A DNA stretch of 64,000 nt from Podarcis melisellensis (Eukaryota), in NCBI GenBank assembly GCA_964234715.1, contig OZ174284.1. One strand, 5' to 3'. A program made the translations under genes and the position numbers. A model generated the notes under the pieces. That model was not told the origin of the DNA. It searched no databases and was given only the letters and a program-made list of their open reading frames with translations. Numbering within the stretch: position 1 is the stretch's first letter; each line of letters opens with the position of its first letter. Below, piece after piece: positions 51,937-64,000 of the stretch.

Positions 51937-52189
51937 TCAGCCACGTGGGAACAAAGAGACAGTTCTGCACACAAGCCTCACAGTTAGACAATTACACCTC
52001 CTCCTGCCACTGACACCTGTTTTTCATATCTGTAGTTTCAGCGACTTGGATTCAGGAGTCATGAATTTGGCTTGAGATTATATAAAACCATCCACAAATA
52101 ATGGATTGGGGATAGTCTTCTTGGATCTGCACTACTGCTGTGCGTTGGAAATGGCATCTCTATGTGAATAAAAGAAAGATAAATAGGCT

Positions 52190-52380
52190 TTGTGCTATAG
52201 TGTTGGACTAGGACCTGGGAGATCAGGGTTCACTGGGTGACCATAGACCAGTCTCTCATTCACAACTTAACTGACCTAACAGGGCTTTTGTGAGGATGAC
52301 ATGAGGTTTGGGGGGCGGCAGAACCATGTACAATAGTTTGAGATCCTTGGAGGAAAAGTGGAATATAAAATAAAATGAAT
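52190..52380 (+). mobile_element. Old tRNA-derived (MIR/Squam3-like) SINE; relatives near 23962-24115 and 15945-16140
   Basis: agtgttggactaggacctgggagatcagggttc...actgggtgacc...acctaacagggcttttgtgaggat, followed by an A-rich tail. Confidence 0.6.
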
Positions 52381-52891
52381 AAATTCTGGCACTCTAAAAA
52401 GAAACAACACAACTATGCCACACATATCTATGTCGGCAAAAACTTTTGTTAGCTAATAACATGTATGGCATTATTTGCAAATCTGCGTTAGTAGGAACAA
52501 AAAACTAGGAAAGGTGTCAATGGGTGCAGCTCTCATGTCCTAAGCTATGATAATGATTCTACTCAAAAACCTATTTCCAGGGGCAATCTGCTTTGCAAAG
52601 CAGCTAAATCAGTCCAGATATGAAAGAGACAGAGAAAGAAATAGGCATCTGCAGCTGCCTTTGATGCAACATGCATCAAGTACCAAACGCAACTGAGCAA
52701 GGCCACTGTGGGCAGCTGCAGATGAGATTTGTGTGTGGCAAGCTGAGCGCATGGTCAGTGCCTGCATCCAGCTGCAGTACTGGGTTGTCACATCAGAAGG
52801 GGAACAGATTGTTCCTAGGTGTAATGCACTGGTGTGTGGCAAAAAAATAGGTAAAAACAGGTAGGGTGCACTAATGGCTTTATTATCTTAC

Positions 52892-52963
52892 TTCAGAATT
52901 GTCTGTTTTAAAGGGGTTCCGGTATTCTGGAGATTTCTCACTTATTCCAAGCTCTTGAGCCAT
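52892..52963 (-). CDS. CCDC134: CCDC134 coding exon 5
   Basis: MAQELGISEKSPEYRNPFKTDNSE; 72 nt; ctgcag acceptor and GTAAGA donor. Confidence 0.95.
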
Positions 52964-53595
52964 CTGCAGAAGAAAAATAGTGAAGATCAGCTTCATTCAC
53001 ATGTCTTGTAATCTTCTCACCCCCCTGCCTGCTTCTCAGTTCCCGCAACTACATCACCCGCCACTGAAGCTTCCCAGCCTCATTTGGTAGTTCAGTGCAA
53101 ATTCCCCCAAATGTGAAAAAACTATCCCTCCCAAAATAAGGGCACTGCAAGTGCAAGAAGTTTTGATGTCCCTTGTGGGCTGAACCACTGATCTTGCAAT
53201 TCATTCACTTGCTGTGTAAATTATCAGGGAACCGCATAGGCTGCACACAAAGGTAGCATGGCTTAAAGGGCTGCGGTGAGCTAAAGCAGCCTATCAGAGA
53301 CCAAGATGCAGAAATGTGCAGCCATACGGCTAATACAGGATTGCACATCACAGAACTCTGACATGGAAAACTCTTCCCTGCAGAAACTAGCATGTGACCA
53401 TTGTGCAAATCCATCATGCAGGTCAACAACGCATGTATGCACCACCAAGGAAATACAACAAGTGAATAGTAAGAGAACCCACACAAGTAATGCTGGCACT
53501 AACCCCCCCCCCCCAAAGTAGAAGAATAGAAGCATAACCACCCCACCCCACTCATCATTCCCCCCTCCCCCTCTTTTCTTCCTAATTGTTTAAAC

Positions 53596-53731
53596 CAAGC
53601 ATAGGCAAACTTGGCCCTCCAGATGTTTTGGGACTACAATTCCCATCATCCCTGACCACTGGTCCTGTTAGCCAGGGATCATGGGAGTTGTAGTCCCAAA
53701 ACATCTGGAGGGCCGAGTTTGCCTATGGCTG
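53596..53731. mobile_element. Palindromic hAT MITE (same family as 39660)
   Basis: Near-complete hairpin; perfect 8-bp TSD gtttaaac (53588-53595 and 53732-53739). Decayed relatives near 587-720, 4581-4700 and 16905-17040. Confidence 0.88.
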
Positions 53732-54205
53732 GTTTAAACCAATTCATGAATCAAGAACTTATCTACTGACCACTAATAATGAAACATGTAGATATTTTTC
53801 CACATTTATTATGCTGTTTTTGTGATATACAAATGGCATGAGAAAACTTGGTATACTTATTTGTATGCCATTATTCTTGTTTATAAAACCCAAGAAAGAA
53901 AGAATGAAAAAACCAACAACACATGTATGAATGGATTATACTATTGCTGAGAAGCAAAAGTCATTACTACTCAGTGTGCACACATAGTGTGAAATGCACA
54001 TATACAAGTTGCATATTACCATCTTTATGCAAGCTTCATTCTAGTTCCTACACAACAGCACCCTCCATATACAGACACTGAAACGACTGAAGCAACCCTT
54101 AGATTCTTGGTTTTCCTCAACTCATATTCCTTTATCCCATATCGCCAACCCATTATCAGAGGCCAACAACATCAGAGGAGAGGTCAAACCAGCACACCGC
54201 CTTAC

Positions 54206-54387
54206 CAATCCAAGGACTTGCGAGTGCGGACCTTGGTCAAATACACCTGTCTGGTTGCAGAAACCAATTCCCCAGCGAATCAGGTTGTTCCAGTTGGAGT
54301 TGCGGTCAAAGTAATGGTGTACTATCTTGGGAAAACGCAGGACTACATCACCAAAAAATGCAGTGTTCTCCACCACATGGGAATATG
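54206..54387 (-). CDS. CCDC134: CCDC134 coding exon 4
   Basis: (A)[60 protein letters not shown]; 182 nt. Confidence 0.97.
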
Positions 54388-54536
54388 CTAGAGGTAAAGA
54401 GCCACAAATGAGAAATCAGGAGTTTTGCCGCTGGTAGAGATCAGACAAGGTCCATGAGAATAAACATGGAATCCAAATGCAGGCTGCTTACCACCTTAAC
54501 ACACTCTAACCATTCCTATTGCTTATGTGAGTGAGG

Positions 54537-54621
54537 AGAATAGAATAGAATAGAATAGAATAGAATAGAATAGAATAGAATAGAATAGAATAGAATAGAA
54601 TAGAATAGAATAGAATAGAAT
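54537..54621 (+). repeat. (AGAAT)n pentanucleotide microsatellite, about 17 perfect units
   Basis: Read directly from the sequence. Confidence 0.97.
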
Positions 54622-54953
54622 CACAGAGCCTAGGGCTTGCCAAATGGAAGGTTGGCGGTTCGAATCCCCGCGATGGGGTGAGCTCCCGTTGTTCGGTCCC
54701 TGCTCCTGCCAACCTAGCAGTTTGAAAGCACGTCAAAGTGCAAGTAGATAAATAGGTACCGCTCTGGCGGGAAGGTAAACGGTGTTTCCGTGCGCTGCTC
54801 TGGTTTGCCAGAAGCGGCTTAGTCATGCTGGCCACATGACCTGGAAGCTGTCTTGGGACAAATGCCGGCTCCCTTGGCCTATAGAGCGAGATGAGCATCG
54901 CAACCCCGAGTCGTCTGCGATTGGACCTAACGGTCAGGGGTACCTTTACCTTT
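54621..54953 (+). mobile_element. Sauria SINE lacking its 5' head
   Basis: cacagagcctagggcttgcc...ggttcgaatcccc...ggggtacctttaccttt. Confidence 0.9.
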
Positions 54954-56125
54954 AATCTATATTAGTGACTGTACAGAAAAGGGTTTGTATTTTATTCCAA
55001 GTTTATGAATAAAAAGAGGGCTCAACCTTATGTACACAGCATTTGAAAATAAAATATTGGTGGGACAGATTAATATGCTCACATCCAGATCTGTGAACTT
55101 CAGAAATCCAGAAAGCAAGCTAGCAGCCCACAAATCTGGCAAGGAACCCAAAGTAGTGTGTCATTCAATATGACATAATTTTTCTTACAAAGGAAACAGG
55201 AGTTGCATAGTATTTTCAAAATTATAATAATATAAGACAATTCCAGGTGGGTTCAGGCTACCTGTGATCAGTGCAAAGGAAAACTATTAAAACTATATTC
55301 TTCCTTTCATTACAGATATTGATGGCAGTAGCATTGGGGGGGGGGGGGGAAGGCTACTGCTGCTCATTGTCTAGGTGACTGGCATCAACAGTTTAAATGA
55401 GGATTTAATTCTGGAAATCTGCATGGCCAAAAAACACCAGCTAAGAGCACAAGGTAGGATATCCTAATATACTAAATCAGTACCTTGGACAAAAGAATTG
55501 GAATCTCTGCTTCTCTACAGTTATGAAAATACAAGTACCTACCATTTTCATGCTGCAATAGCTTGAAGTCTGGCTGCCCTCATAGGTTCAATTGCCCTTC
55601 CTTTTCCACTCTCTTAATTTTTCTTTGCTCAACAAACATTTTTTAAAAGTGACGGGAAACATAACCAGCCAGTCTCAAATTGTTAATTCATGTACCTATC
55701 TGTAGACAATGCAAATCTGCATACATTTAGTCCAGTCACAAAACCAAGGGTTCCAGTTGCAGAATCCGACTGGGGGTGGGGAGAAACTGGCTATCAATCT
55801 GAATGAACCCACACGTCCCTGTTTAATGATACTGACCAGCCTTACAAGTGTTAACTTTCCATTATATGCACAGGCGAAATAATAAGATTCTGTTCTGCTT
55901 CATGTACCATATGCTATGTAGCCTCATTTGGCTCTGTTCCCATCCCAGGACCTTTGCAAATGTCAGAAATGATGACACACAAGAACAGAAGTGACAGGGG
56001 TGGCTAAGCAAGAGTTGCCAAAATGGCAACGAGAGCTGTAATGCCAGAACAGCTCATTGTTACAAACTTAATGGCTACAGAATGATGGATGGAGAAATCG
56101 GGATTATAAAGCAAAGAGCTCCCAC

Positions 56126-56210
56126 CATCCTTCAGCTTCTCATCCTGAGGGAACGGCCCATCTGGAGGAACATCTGCTGCTATAAGTACAGCCCGTGAGT
56201 CTTCAAGAAC
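56126..56210 (-). CDS. CCDC134: CCDC134 coding exon 3
   Basis: [28 protein letters not shown]; 85 nt. Confidence 0.96.
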
Positions 56211-57034
56211 CTGCACATCACAACAGAAAGCAGACATGGTTGATAGCAGCTCCTGCCAAAAACATCTCTTTCCCACACCTGTGCTGCCAGCAACAGCCTC
56301 TTCTCAGCCGCACACCCCCACCTCTTCTGCTTTGCTACAAATGCCCATCTGACACAGCCCTGACAGACGAGGAAACTTGGGGGAAATAACAACCTCAAAA
56401 GCCAGGAAACCAAATTGTGAAAATGAATATCCCAGCCCTTCAAAACACCTCACATTATTTGCGGAGGAACCAACAGCTGGAGTTCCTGGACCGAGTCTGG
56501 TTTCAACATTTTTGGCTGTAGCAAGCACAAAACACACAGGAACATTTGTGCTGCGACACAGTTACATCACACAGCACAAAATGGAGCTTGTTGGCCAAGC
56601 AGGTGGGGGCCACAGACAAACAGCAACTGTATGAAGCCACAACCACCTTCTCCATACGATGTGATGGTACCGTCGATAAGCTGCAAATCACTTCTCAAGT
56701 ACCTAGTCTAATATAATACCTCAGCTATTCATTTAAACCTAGCCAAATACCAGCCCAGAAGAACAAAGATCTCATGCTGGTCCTGAATGTGCAGACCCAT
56801 AAATTGGGCAAATCTCCAGTGTAAGGCAATCTATTTTTATGGAACAGGTGCTGAAAATGCTCTTCTACATACATACAGGCGGTGACCATTTTACATGGGG
56901 TTCCATTCCTCGCTGCCATGCACATCAGCAGAGGTGCACATAAGCCCGTTCTGCCTCCATTCCATCCTTTTCTGGGTCCAAAAGGGCCCATGCATCGGCA
57001 GTTGTGCATCAATTGGACACACCTAAAATGGTCA

Positions 57035-57491
57035 CTACCTGCCTAGGACCCTCGTACCTATGGGACCGCCTCTCCTGGTATGCCCCACGGAGGACCTTAT
57101 GGTCCATAAATAGCAACACCCTAGAGGTCCTGGGCCCTAAGGAAGTTAGATTAGCCACAACCAGAGCCAGGGCCTTTTCAACACTGGCTCCAGCCTGGTG
57201 GAACGCTCTGTCTCATGAGACCAGGGCCCTGCGGGATCTGATTTCTTTCCGCAGGGCCTGTAAGACAGAGTTGTTCTGCCTGGCCTTTGGCTTAGAATCA
57301 ATTTGATTCCCTCCCCCTCTTTCTTTTTTCCTTTCTCCTCCTGTGAAGAGGTTGCATCTTTTAATGTTGTATTTTAATCTTGTTTTTAAGTTGTGTTTTA
57401 ATCAACTTGTTTTTATTACTGGTTGTTAGCCACCCTGAGCCTGGTCTTGGCTGGGGAGGGCAGGGTATAAATAAAATTATTATTATTATTA
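57035..57491 (+). mobile_element. L2-clade LINE 3' end
   Basis: LGPSYL.DRLSWYAPRRTL...RAFSTLAPAWWNALS.E.R...SFRRACKTELF.LAF, then a 3'UTR and (TTA)n tail. Confidence 0.8.
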
Positions 57492-57858
57492 CTCTGCTGA
57501 TGGAAGTGTAAGAAAGCACTTGGTGAGGGGGCCTAAGGTAAAGCCTAGACCATCCTAGGCTATCTTCCCACAGTAGATTTTAAACCAGCAGACCCTAAGA
57601 GGTACCATCTCCCCTCCCCCCACAACCAGTTGTGTCTGGAATGAGTGGCAGCCGCTACATTCACCAGCAATTCACTGGAATTGTGGTCATAGTGCCAAGT
57701 CTCTGCCCCACCACCACCCTCAACCTTTTCCAGTAAAGAGGAATTGTTGACTAAGACACTACACTCTTCTTCTTAGGCCCCCCACACGGCTTTTAAGATT
57801 ATCTAACATCCCATAACTAAAAATAAATAAATCCTGCGCTCTGTTAGGCAAGGCTCAC

Positions 57859-57980
57859 TTTGAAAAGACCCTTGAGCATGATGTCTATGATCTTGTATTG
57901 TTGGTTCACATCGTTGAGCTCAATCAGGTTCTTCAACGCATTCATCTGGTCTTTGCGTTTCACTTCGAACAGCTTCTTAT
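57859..57980 (-). CDS. CCDC134: CCDC134 coding exon 2
   Basis: (Y)[40 protein letters not shown]; 122 nt. Confidence 0.96.
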
Positions 57981-58750
57981 CTGTAACTTGGTCAAGGATA
58001 CCTTGAACTACAGAACATCCAGACTCTTGCCCCGTGTTCCCCTCCCCACAGCCCACAGCACAATCCCAGCGTCTTTTTTGCCCTTCACCCTGGGGCACTG
58101 ATAGGTATATAAAAAGACTTGGGGACTTCACATAAAATGTGTATATGCTAATTTCTATGTATGGATGATGGCTCTGAACCATTTTTTAAAAAGTTTTAAG
58201 TTTAAGAAAAGAGAGGGAAGGCAATAGGAGATCTGGGGCCCACTCCATCAAAGTAGCCTTTGCAAGGGACCAGGCTTCTTTTAACTACTGCAGCCAGTTT
58301 CTTTGAGGAAAAGCCAATGGCAAGAAATAAAGTTTATGGAGACTGCAAAGAATATCTGCCTGGCAGCTGTAAACTAGAATCTATGGAGGATGACAGCATA
58401 AATCCAGAGGGAAGTACAAATGACAAGGGTTCACATTACCAATTAAAAGCAAGCAAGAGTCAAGGAGAGAGAAAAATACAACCCCTCCTGCAACAGAAAC
58501 AGCAGAGAAACCTTTTGCCCAGAGGAAGAACCATGTGACGTGCCATGCTGCAATCACCGTGTCAGCATAAAGAATCCATCTATTTCACAGCGGTCCTTTC
58601 CAACTTGATGAAGATCATGTGAAGAATGGCTTTCATACGGAGAGTACGGAGGGAAAAGTTGAGTGAGCTAGGAAGGAAGTGAAGCCTATTTGACATTACT
58701 GAGCCAGGATGAGATCTCTCTCTCTCTTTTTAAGAGTGTTGGTATTGGGG

Positions 58751-58858
58751 TTGTTGTTGTTGTTTAGTCGTGTCCGACTCTCCGTGACCCCATGGACCAG
58801 AGCACGCCAGGCACTCCTGTCTTCCACTGCCTCCCGCAGTTTGGTCAAACTCATGCTG
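58751..58858 (-). mobile_element. BovB (RTE) LINE 3' tip
   Basis: Encodes MSLTKLREAVEDRSAWRALVHGVTESRTRLN with a (CAA)n tail; TSD ttggtattgggg on both sides. Confidence 0.87.
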
Positions 58859-58989
58859 ATATTGGTATTGGGGTACACAGCTTATTTGGGAAGGACAAGG
58901 TATTTATACTTCTCAAACAGTACAACACTGCATATCTGAGAAAAATACACCAGGCCCAAGGGTGAAATGGTTGGTAATTCCTTTAAGAG

Positions 58990-59390
58990 TATTTGGGCAA
59001 GACAGGACATTTAGAATAAAAGGCATGCCTGACTTGTGACCTCTTTGGCTCTGTCTTTGGAGACTTCAGGAGCATAATGAAGGTGCCAGACACACCTCTT
59101 CGGGGTGGGAGTTCCACAACTTAGGGGCTGCCACAGAGAATGTCTTATCCTCCACACCACCCCCACCCCCAAGTCTCTGAAGGTGGAGGAACTACCAAGA
59201 GGGTCCCCTCTGCCAATCTTAGCAGCTGAAAAGGTCTGGAAGTTAGACAGCTGTGGATGCAAGAGAGGACTTTGCAGCGGTGGAGCTTCAACATTGGAAT
59301 ACTCTTCCCAGGAGGTTCACCTGGCAGTGACTGATGTCCTTTTGGCAGAGACATTTTAATTCACGTGGGCCTTTCAGATGAGCTTTCCCC
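58990..59390 (-). mobile_element. Degraded L2-clade 3' fragment
   Basis: Resembles 20120-20290 (aaggtgccag...ctct..ggg..gagttccacaa....ggg.ctgccacaga). Confidence 0.5.
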
Positions 59391-59612
59391 AGCCTAGTGC
59401 TTAAGAATGCCCCTTGTGGTACGTATGCATACCCTTTTGCAGCTTATATACTTTCACATGCACATGTACAAATCTACATGTTTTTCCAAGGCTTACAAAT
59501 CCACTCCCTTTCTCCACCCTTGCTAAGCACAAAAGGGCACCCTAACAAGCAACACTCTCTCAGTTACACCCCACTTTCACAGACAAAAATCAAGGCAATG
59601 AAAGAAGGATAC

Positions 59613-59715
59613 AGATTTCTAATCCTGAATCAGGGGTTTTCTTCTCTGTGTCTGCCGTGACGCCTCTGGATAATATCAGCATAAAGAGAAATGTGAAGGC
59701 TCGAAAATAATCCAT
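59613..59715 (-). CDS. CCDC134: CCDC134 first coding exon (signal peptide)
   Basis: ccag|GATTTTAAGG ATG: MDYFRAFTFLFMLILSRGVTADTEKKTPDSGLEI, then T|GTATCCTT (U12 donor). Absent from the ORF track. Confidence 0.92.
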
Positions 59716-62700
59716 CCTTAAAATCCTGGAATGGAAAGAAGGAGGGAAAGGGGAGGGAGAATACTTTAATCATTCTAATGATTGAGGTTAAAGCACAGAA
59801 ACCTCTCCACTGTCACTACCTAATTTATATTCATTAACATAAGCAACTCCCCATGTGTATGAGAAGACAACAAAGAGCTAAAGCAACAGACGCCACTGGC
59901 AGTAAAAGGACAGTAAACCTCTCTCTCATAGGCAAAGTTTCAAGACTGAGCTTCAGCATACAGGTGAGTGCCCAACTACCTTGGCTACCTCTGTACTCAT
60001 TTCACAGGCCACGTCCTGGCTTTAGCTGCATGCTCCAATCCATCCACTTCTTTACCAGCCTTGCAGCCAATCTGAAAGTTACTGTTTTCCCTGGCAATGA
60101 GGATATTTACTTGTGCTTCAGCATCGCCACAAACATCATTGTGTGCAAATCCAAACCACAGGTCTCACATCCACAATCTGATCAACGTACAAAAACAGGC
60201 TTGAAATTTCCAGTCCATGAGTGGCTCAATATAGTAAAACAGAAATTGTGATTACCGGTAACTGCTGTTCTTTGGCCAAATCCCATACGAACACAAGCCA
60301 AATCTCAGAGACGCCTAGAACTTTGAGCATGAGACTCTCCCATCCCTCCCTTTAACTGGCATTTTGTCCACCAAGCTCGCCTGCCAAAAAACCTGTTCAG
60401 CTTCTTCCTAATGCTGCAGGTGTGCATCAGTGGTATCTGCAGCCTTTAAACCAGGAGGGTGAGCTGGCTAAGTGACTGCACAACAGCAGTTTCCCAGTAA
60501 GTGTGCAATCCCACAAATGGGAGGACTATAGCATTCCCTACTGAGCAGAGGGAATAGAAGTCCATCACCCTGCAACACTGCTCTTCCAACCCTGGTTTAA
60601 TTTCTGCCCTCAATGGCCATTGCATTCTGCTGGAGAAAATGTCAGGAGGCCACTTCTACTTTGCTGGCATGCAGACAGCTGCAACTGAGACACATGTCTG
60701 CAGTGCTGAAGATGGCCGAGCTTCCTGTGGAGGATGTGTGAATCTCCAGAAATAATAAACCTAGCAAGGGTCTGGGAAGAAGCTCAAAAAGCTCTACTCC
60801 TTCTTGAAAAGTCAATGAAATTTAGCACCTCTTCTTCTAAACTCACAAGTGCAATGCAAGTAAAAATCAAATGGCCGTATGGACATCGAATGAACGCAAT
60901 TCACACTTCTGCTCATCTGAAGGATTTGAAAAGATGATTGACAAAACTGTGGTTTGCTTAATGTGAAATTAATATTGCAGTAATTCCAAAATAGGCCTTA
61001 ATGCAAGACAGTCCTTATGCACCATCAAGAATTGCAGACCACAATGAAGCACAATCGTTTTCATACACTTTTCTCACTGAAATGATTGTCTTCAAAACCG
61101 CAACCTTGATGGTGAGATAATCCATTAAACATGTTGCTACTGGTTCAGACTGTTTAGTCATCAACGGTGACAGAACATGAAGCATCCTCTTAGGCCAGGA
61201 AGTCTGAAAAGGGGGACGCCTGAGTCAATTCTGTAAGAAGTTGTTTCATGCAATGAGAGAAACCTGATTAGCTTTCAACGGGAACAAAGTGAGCAGGAAT
61301 TGCTGCCAGATGAATGTAAATGGAAGACTAGGCTATGAGAGTGCAGTGCTATTCCCTAACTGAAAAGATAATCCAGTACATAATGTACATTACAGAAATG
61401 TGCCGCATTGTGTCTAGATGGTTCCATGACATGTTGAACGTTGTGACGAACGCAAATCAAAGTGGTCTGAAATGAAGTCAAAAAATGGTGCAATGACTCC
61501 GTCTCTAACCACCTTTTTAAATCTTTGATGGTTCATCTGTCTTCCTACATTCAGATTAAAATAACACACCAAAACATGGTTGAGGGGTTATCTCAGAAAC
61601 ATTTAGTCAGAACAGAAAAGGACAAAAAAATGTGATATATAAGATATCAATAGGATTTATTTCCTAATGTGAATTGGCCCCACTTGAAGTAGGGCTGTGT
61701 GTTTCCACATTACTGCCTAAGTACTAAACTTGCTACCAAGTGTTGTGATCTCCATGACTCTGCTGGGGGCGGGGTGTGATTGGCAGAGTGTGTCAAGAGG
61801 AGGAAGAAGATGATAACCCCAGGATGGGACGGAGCAGCAGTTTGGGCAATGATGTAAAGGAGGAGCCTGATATACTGCCACTGGGCCCCAGTCTCAATTT
61901 GAGGAATAGTCCAAGCAGTGATTTTGAGGAGGGTCCTCACCCAAAGCCGCTCTGGGGCCACCTGACATCACAGAGAGGGAGGGGGTGTCAAGGATGTCCT
62001 GACCCCATCCCTGGGGAAGGAGATTCCCCTAGGAGCAGAGGTGGTGGCTGGCAAATCAGGAGAGCAAGCCAGACAGGAAGGAAGTGGGCGAGGAGGGGTG
62101 GGTGGCAGGCACAAACAGACCCAGTTAAAACACACTTCCAGTACTCTCACCCACCCCTTCAGGGCTTATGACCCTGCCCAATAACATTAAGGAAAATGGT
62201 TCCTACATGTAGATACCAGCAAGGCAATATGCCTTTATTGCTTAAAAAATGGCAAGATTTCCAACTACGTGGAATGCTACAGTTTTGTTATATGGGGATC
62301 AGAGTTACCTATTCATGGAAATAAATCCAAATAGGCTTTGACTCGTCCACAAAACAGTTGCCTCCTGCATTGACAAAGAGGGAATTACAGACTGCAGTAA
62401 GAAGCCTAATTAAGTTGTGTGTTTTGAACACAACATGCTTTGGAGTATAAAGAGCTTATACCTCAGGAGACAGGCGCACCTACAGAGAACATGTTTTCAT
62501 TATCTGTAGACATTTTTTCCTATGTAAATTTATTCAAGATATTTAAGATTGGTTCCACCCATGCAATTACTATTGAGAAAATTATATTAGGTATACCCTA
62601 CCATTATACAGAAAGAGTATTTGCCCAGAGTAATATAGACTTATAGTTATCTTTTTAAAATATTTACTATAAAAGAAACTGGGAGAATGACAACAGCAGA

Positions 62701-64000
62701 CTTTTATTACTGGTTATAAATCTACTTTAGCTACAAGCACATCTCAGAGCACAGCTTAATTTAAGGACAAAAACAAAACAAAGACCTCTACCTGGTAATT
62801 CAAATAAAGGAATGTAGAACAACTTGTTCTGGCTATTGTGGTGCTCACTAAACCACATCAGGCAAAGCCGTCAGTCAATGATCATCCAGAAATTTTTTCT
62901 ATGAATCTTCTTCAGCAACATCACAATTGTGTTCTTCTCAGTTGAGTTTATCTGCAACACAAATTAAAATTGTTGAGGAATAGCCCACCTATCAATACCA
63001 TATGTTTTCCCTAAAGGCAAACTTTACCACACACAAGCTCAAATATATTAAAACCTGTGGGGACAACCTAAATTTAGTGACATGGGATCCCTTCACTTCC
63101 ACATCCCAAAAACTGAAACCTTGGGTAGCAGTTTCTGCTTCAGCAATAAAAATCTACATTGATGGATTTCAAGAGAAAGTCCATTCTCATCAACCTTTTA
63201 CAGTAGACATATTCTAGAATATTCTAGAAAATATACTCTGCTAGAAAATTATCTGGGGAATATTCTCCACAAACTGCAAATTCTAATGTAAGAACTAGTT
63301 TTACAACCCACATTTTAAAAATCTTGTGAGGATAAAATAGGAATGAGGAAAGGTATGTACACCACCCTGAGCTCCTTGGAGGGAAGATGGGATATAAATG
63401 CAATAAAGACATAAACAAAAGCAACAAACAGGTATTATGCAAGCAAAGAGGCATATGCAGATGAAAACCATTCAGACTGGAACTGTAAACATCTGGTCAT
63501 TTAGATACTTAAACAGTTGGTGCTAGAATTTGGAAAAGCTCTTGATTTATAAAGTTTTATTATATGTGGCTCCCAGGAATTTGAGATATTTTCCCAAGTA
63601 AGCGCCCGCAGTGGTGGAAGACGCCTCCTGTCTGTTCCTGGGATTCCAAAACAAATTTGGAAACAGATGGAGCTGGCTAGTGAGAGATGGGTTGGTCCAC
63701 TGGGAGCTTACAGTCCAGACTGTGAAGTGAATGTTAAGTACCAATTACACTGTGCATAAAAGGACTTTCACAATGAGAAAATAATAGGTTTTATTCCATG
63801 AGCAATATCAAAGCAAGTTGTAGTGGTTGAAAGCTACACACACGGATGGGGCGAAAAATCCATTAAGCGGCATTAAATACTGTAAAGAGCATTCCGTGGC
63901 ACAAGCTTATCTCAGGTACTTGACACAGATAAGAGCATGCTCCTATTTTTATTTTGTTTTTACCTCCAAGAGAGCATGTTTGGTAAAGTAATGCACTAGT

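Larger units (their letters stand above)
57981..59612 (-). other. U12-type (minor spliceosome) GT-AG intron of CCDC134
   Basis: 5' splice site GTATCCTT. Branch motif TCCTTGAC at 57998..57991, 10 nt before the exon, with no polypyrimidine tract. Confidence 0.92.

Noticed and set aside
53596-53731. Long hairpins resembling pre-miRNAs (also 39660-39778)
   Set aside because: TIRs plus 8-bp TSDs and multiple copies identify them as hAT MITEs.
60248-60520. Possible DIRS-like terminal remnants (ttaccggtaactgctgttc ... cagcagtttcccagtaag)
   Set aside because: Too short and degenerate to support without a repeat-library search.
61741-62171. 131-aa acidic ORF / possible solo LTR starting TGTTGTG
   Set aside because: No splice context or homology, and I could not define LTR ends or a TSD.

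Overview
This is vertebrate genomic DNA from a squamate, most likely a lacertid lizard, judging by Sauria/POM-type SINEs with (ACCTTT)n tails plus BovB, CR1, L2 and hAT/Mariner MITEs. It carries the conserved CCDC134-SREBF2(miR-33)-SHISA8 block. SREBF2 is complete on the minus strand: 19 coding exons at 46787..14624, 1118 aa, all GT-AG with consistent phases, with a CpG-island promoter containing an SRE and a CCAAT box. pre-miR-33 sits in SREBF2 intron 16. The full CCDC134 CDS is on the minus strand (6 coding exons, 229 aa) and includes a U12-type minor intron. The last exon of SHISA8 is on the plus strand. The two least expected observations are (i) a full-length, TSD-flanked RPL36 processed pseudogene in sense orientation about 300 bp downstream of miR-33, retaining AATAAA and a possible splice acceptor, and (ii) three miR-33 seed sites in the putative 3'UTR of SREBF2 itself, two of them in a decayed MITE beyond a proximal poly(A) signal. 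The second suggests a possible poly(A)-site-gated host/miRNA feedback loop. Both functional readings are hypotheses. Comparisons with human sequences are from memory, not from searches. Most ORFs in the supplied track are spurious.
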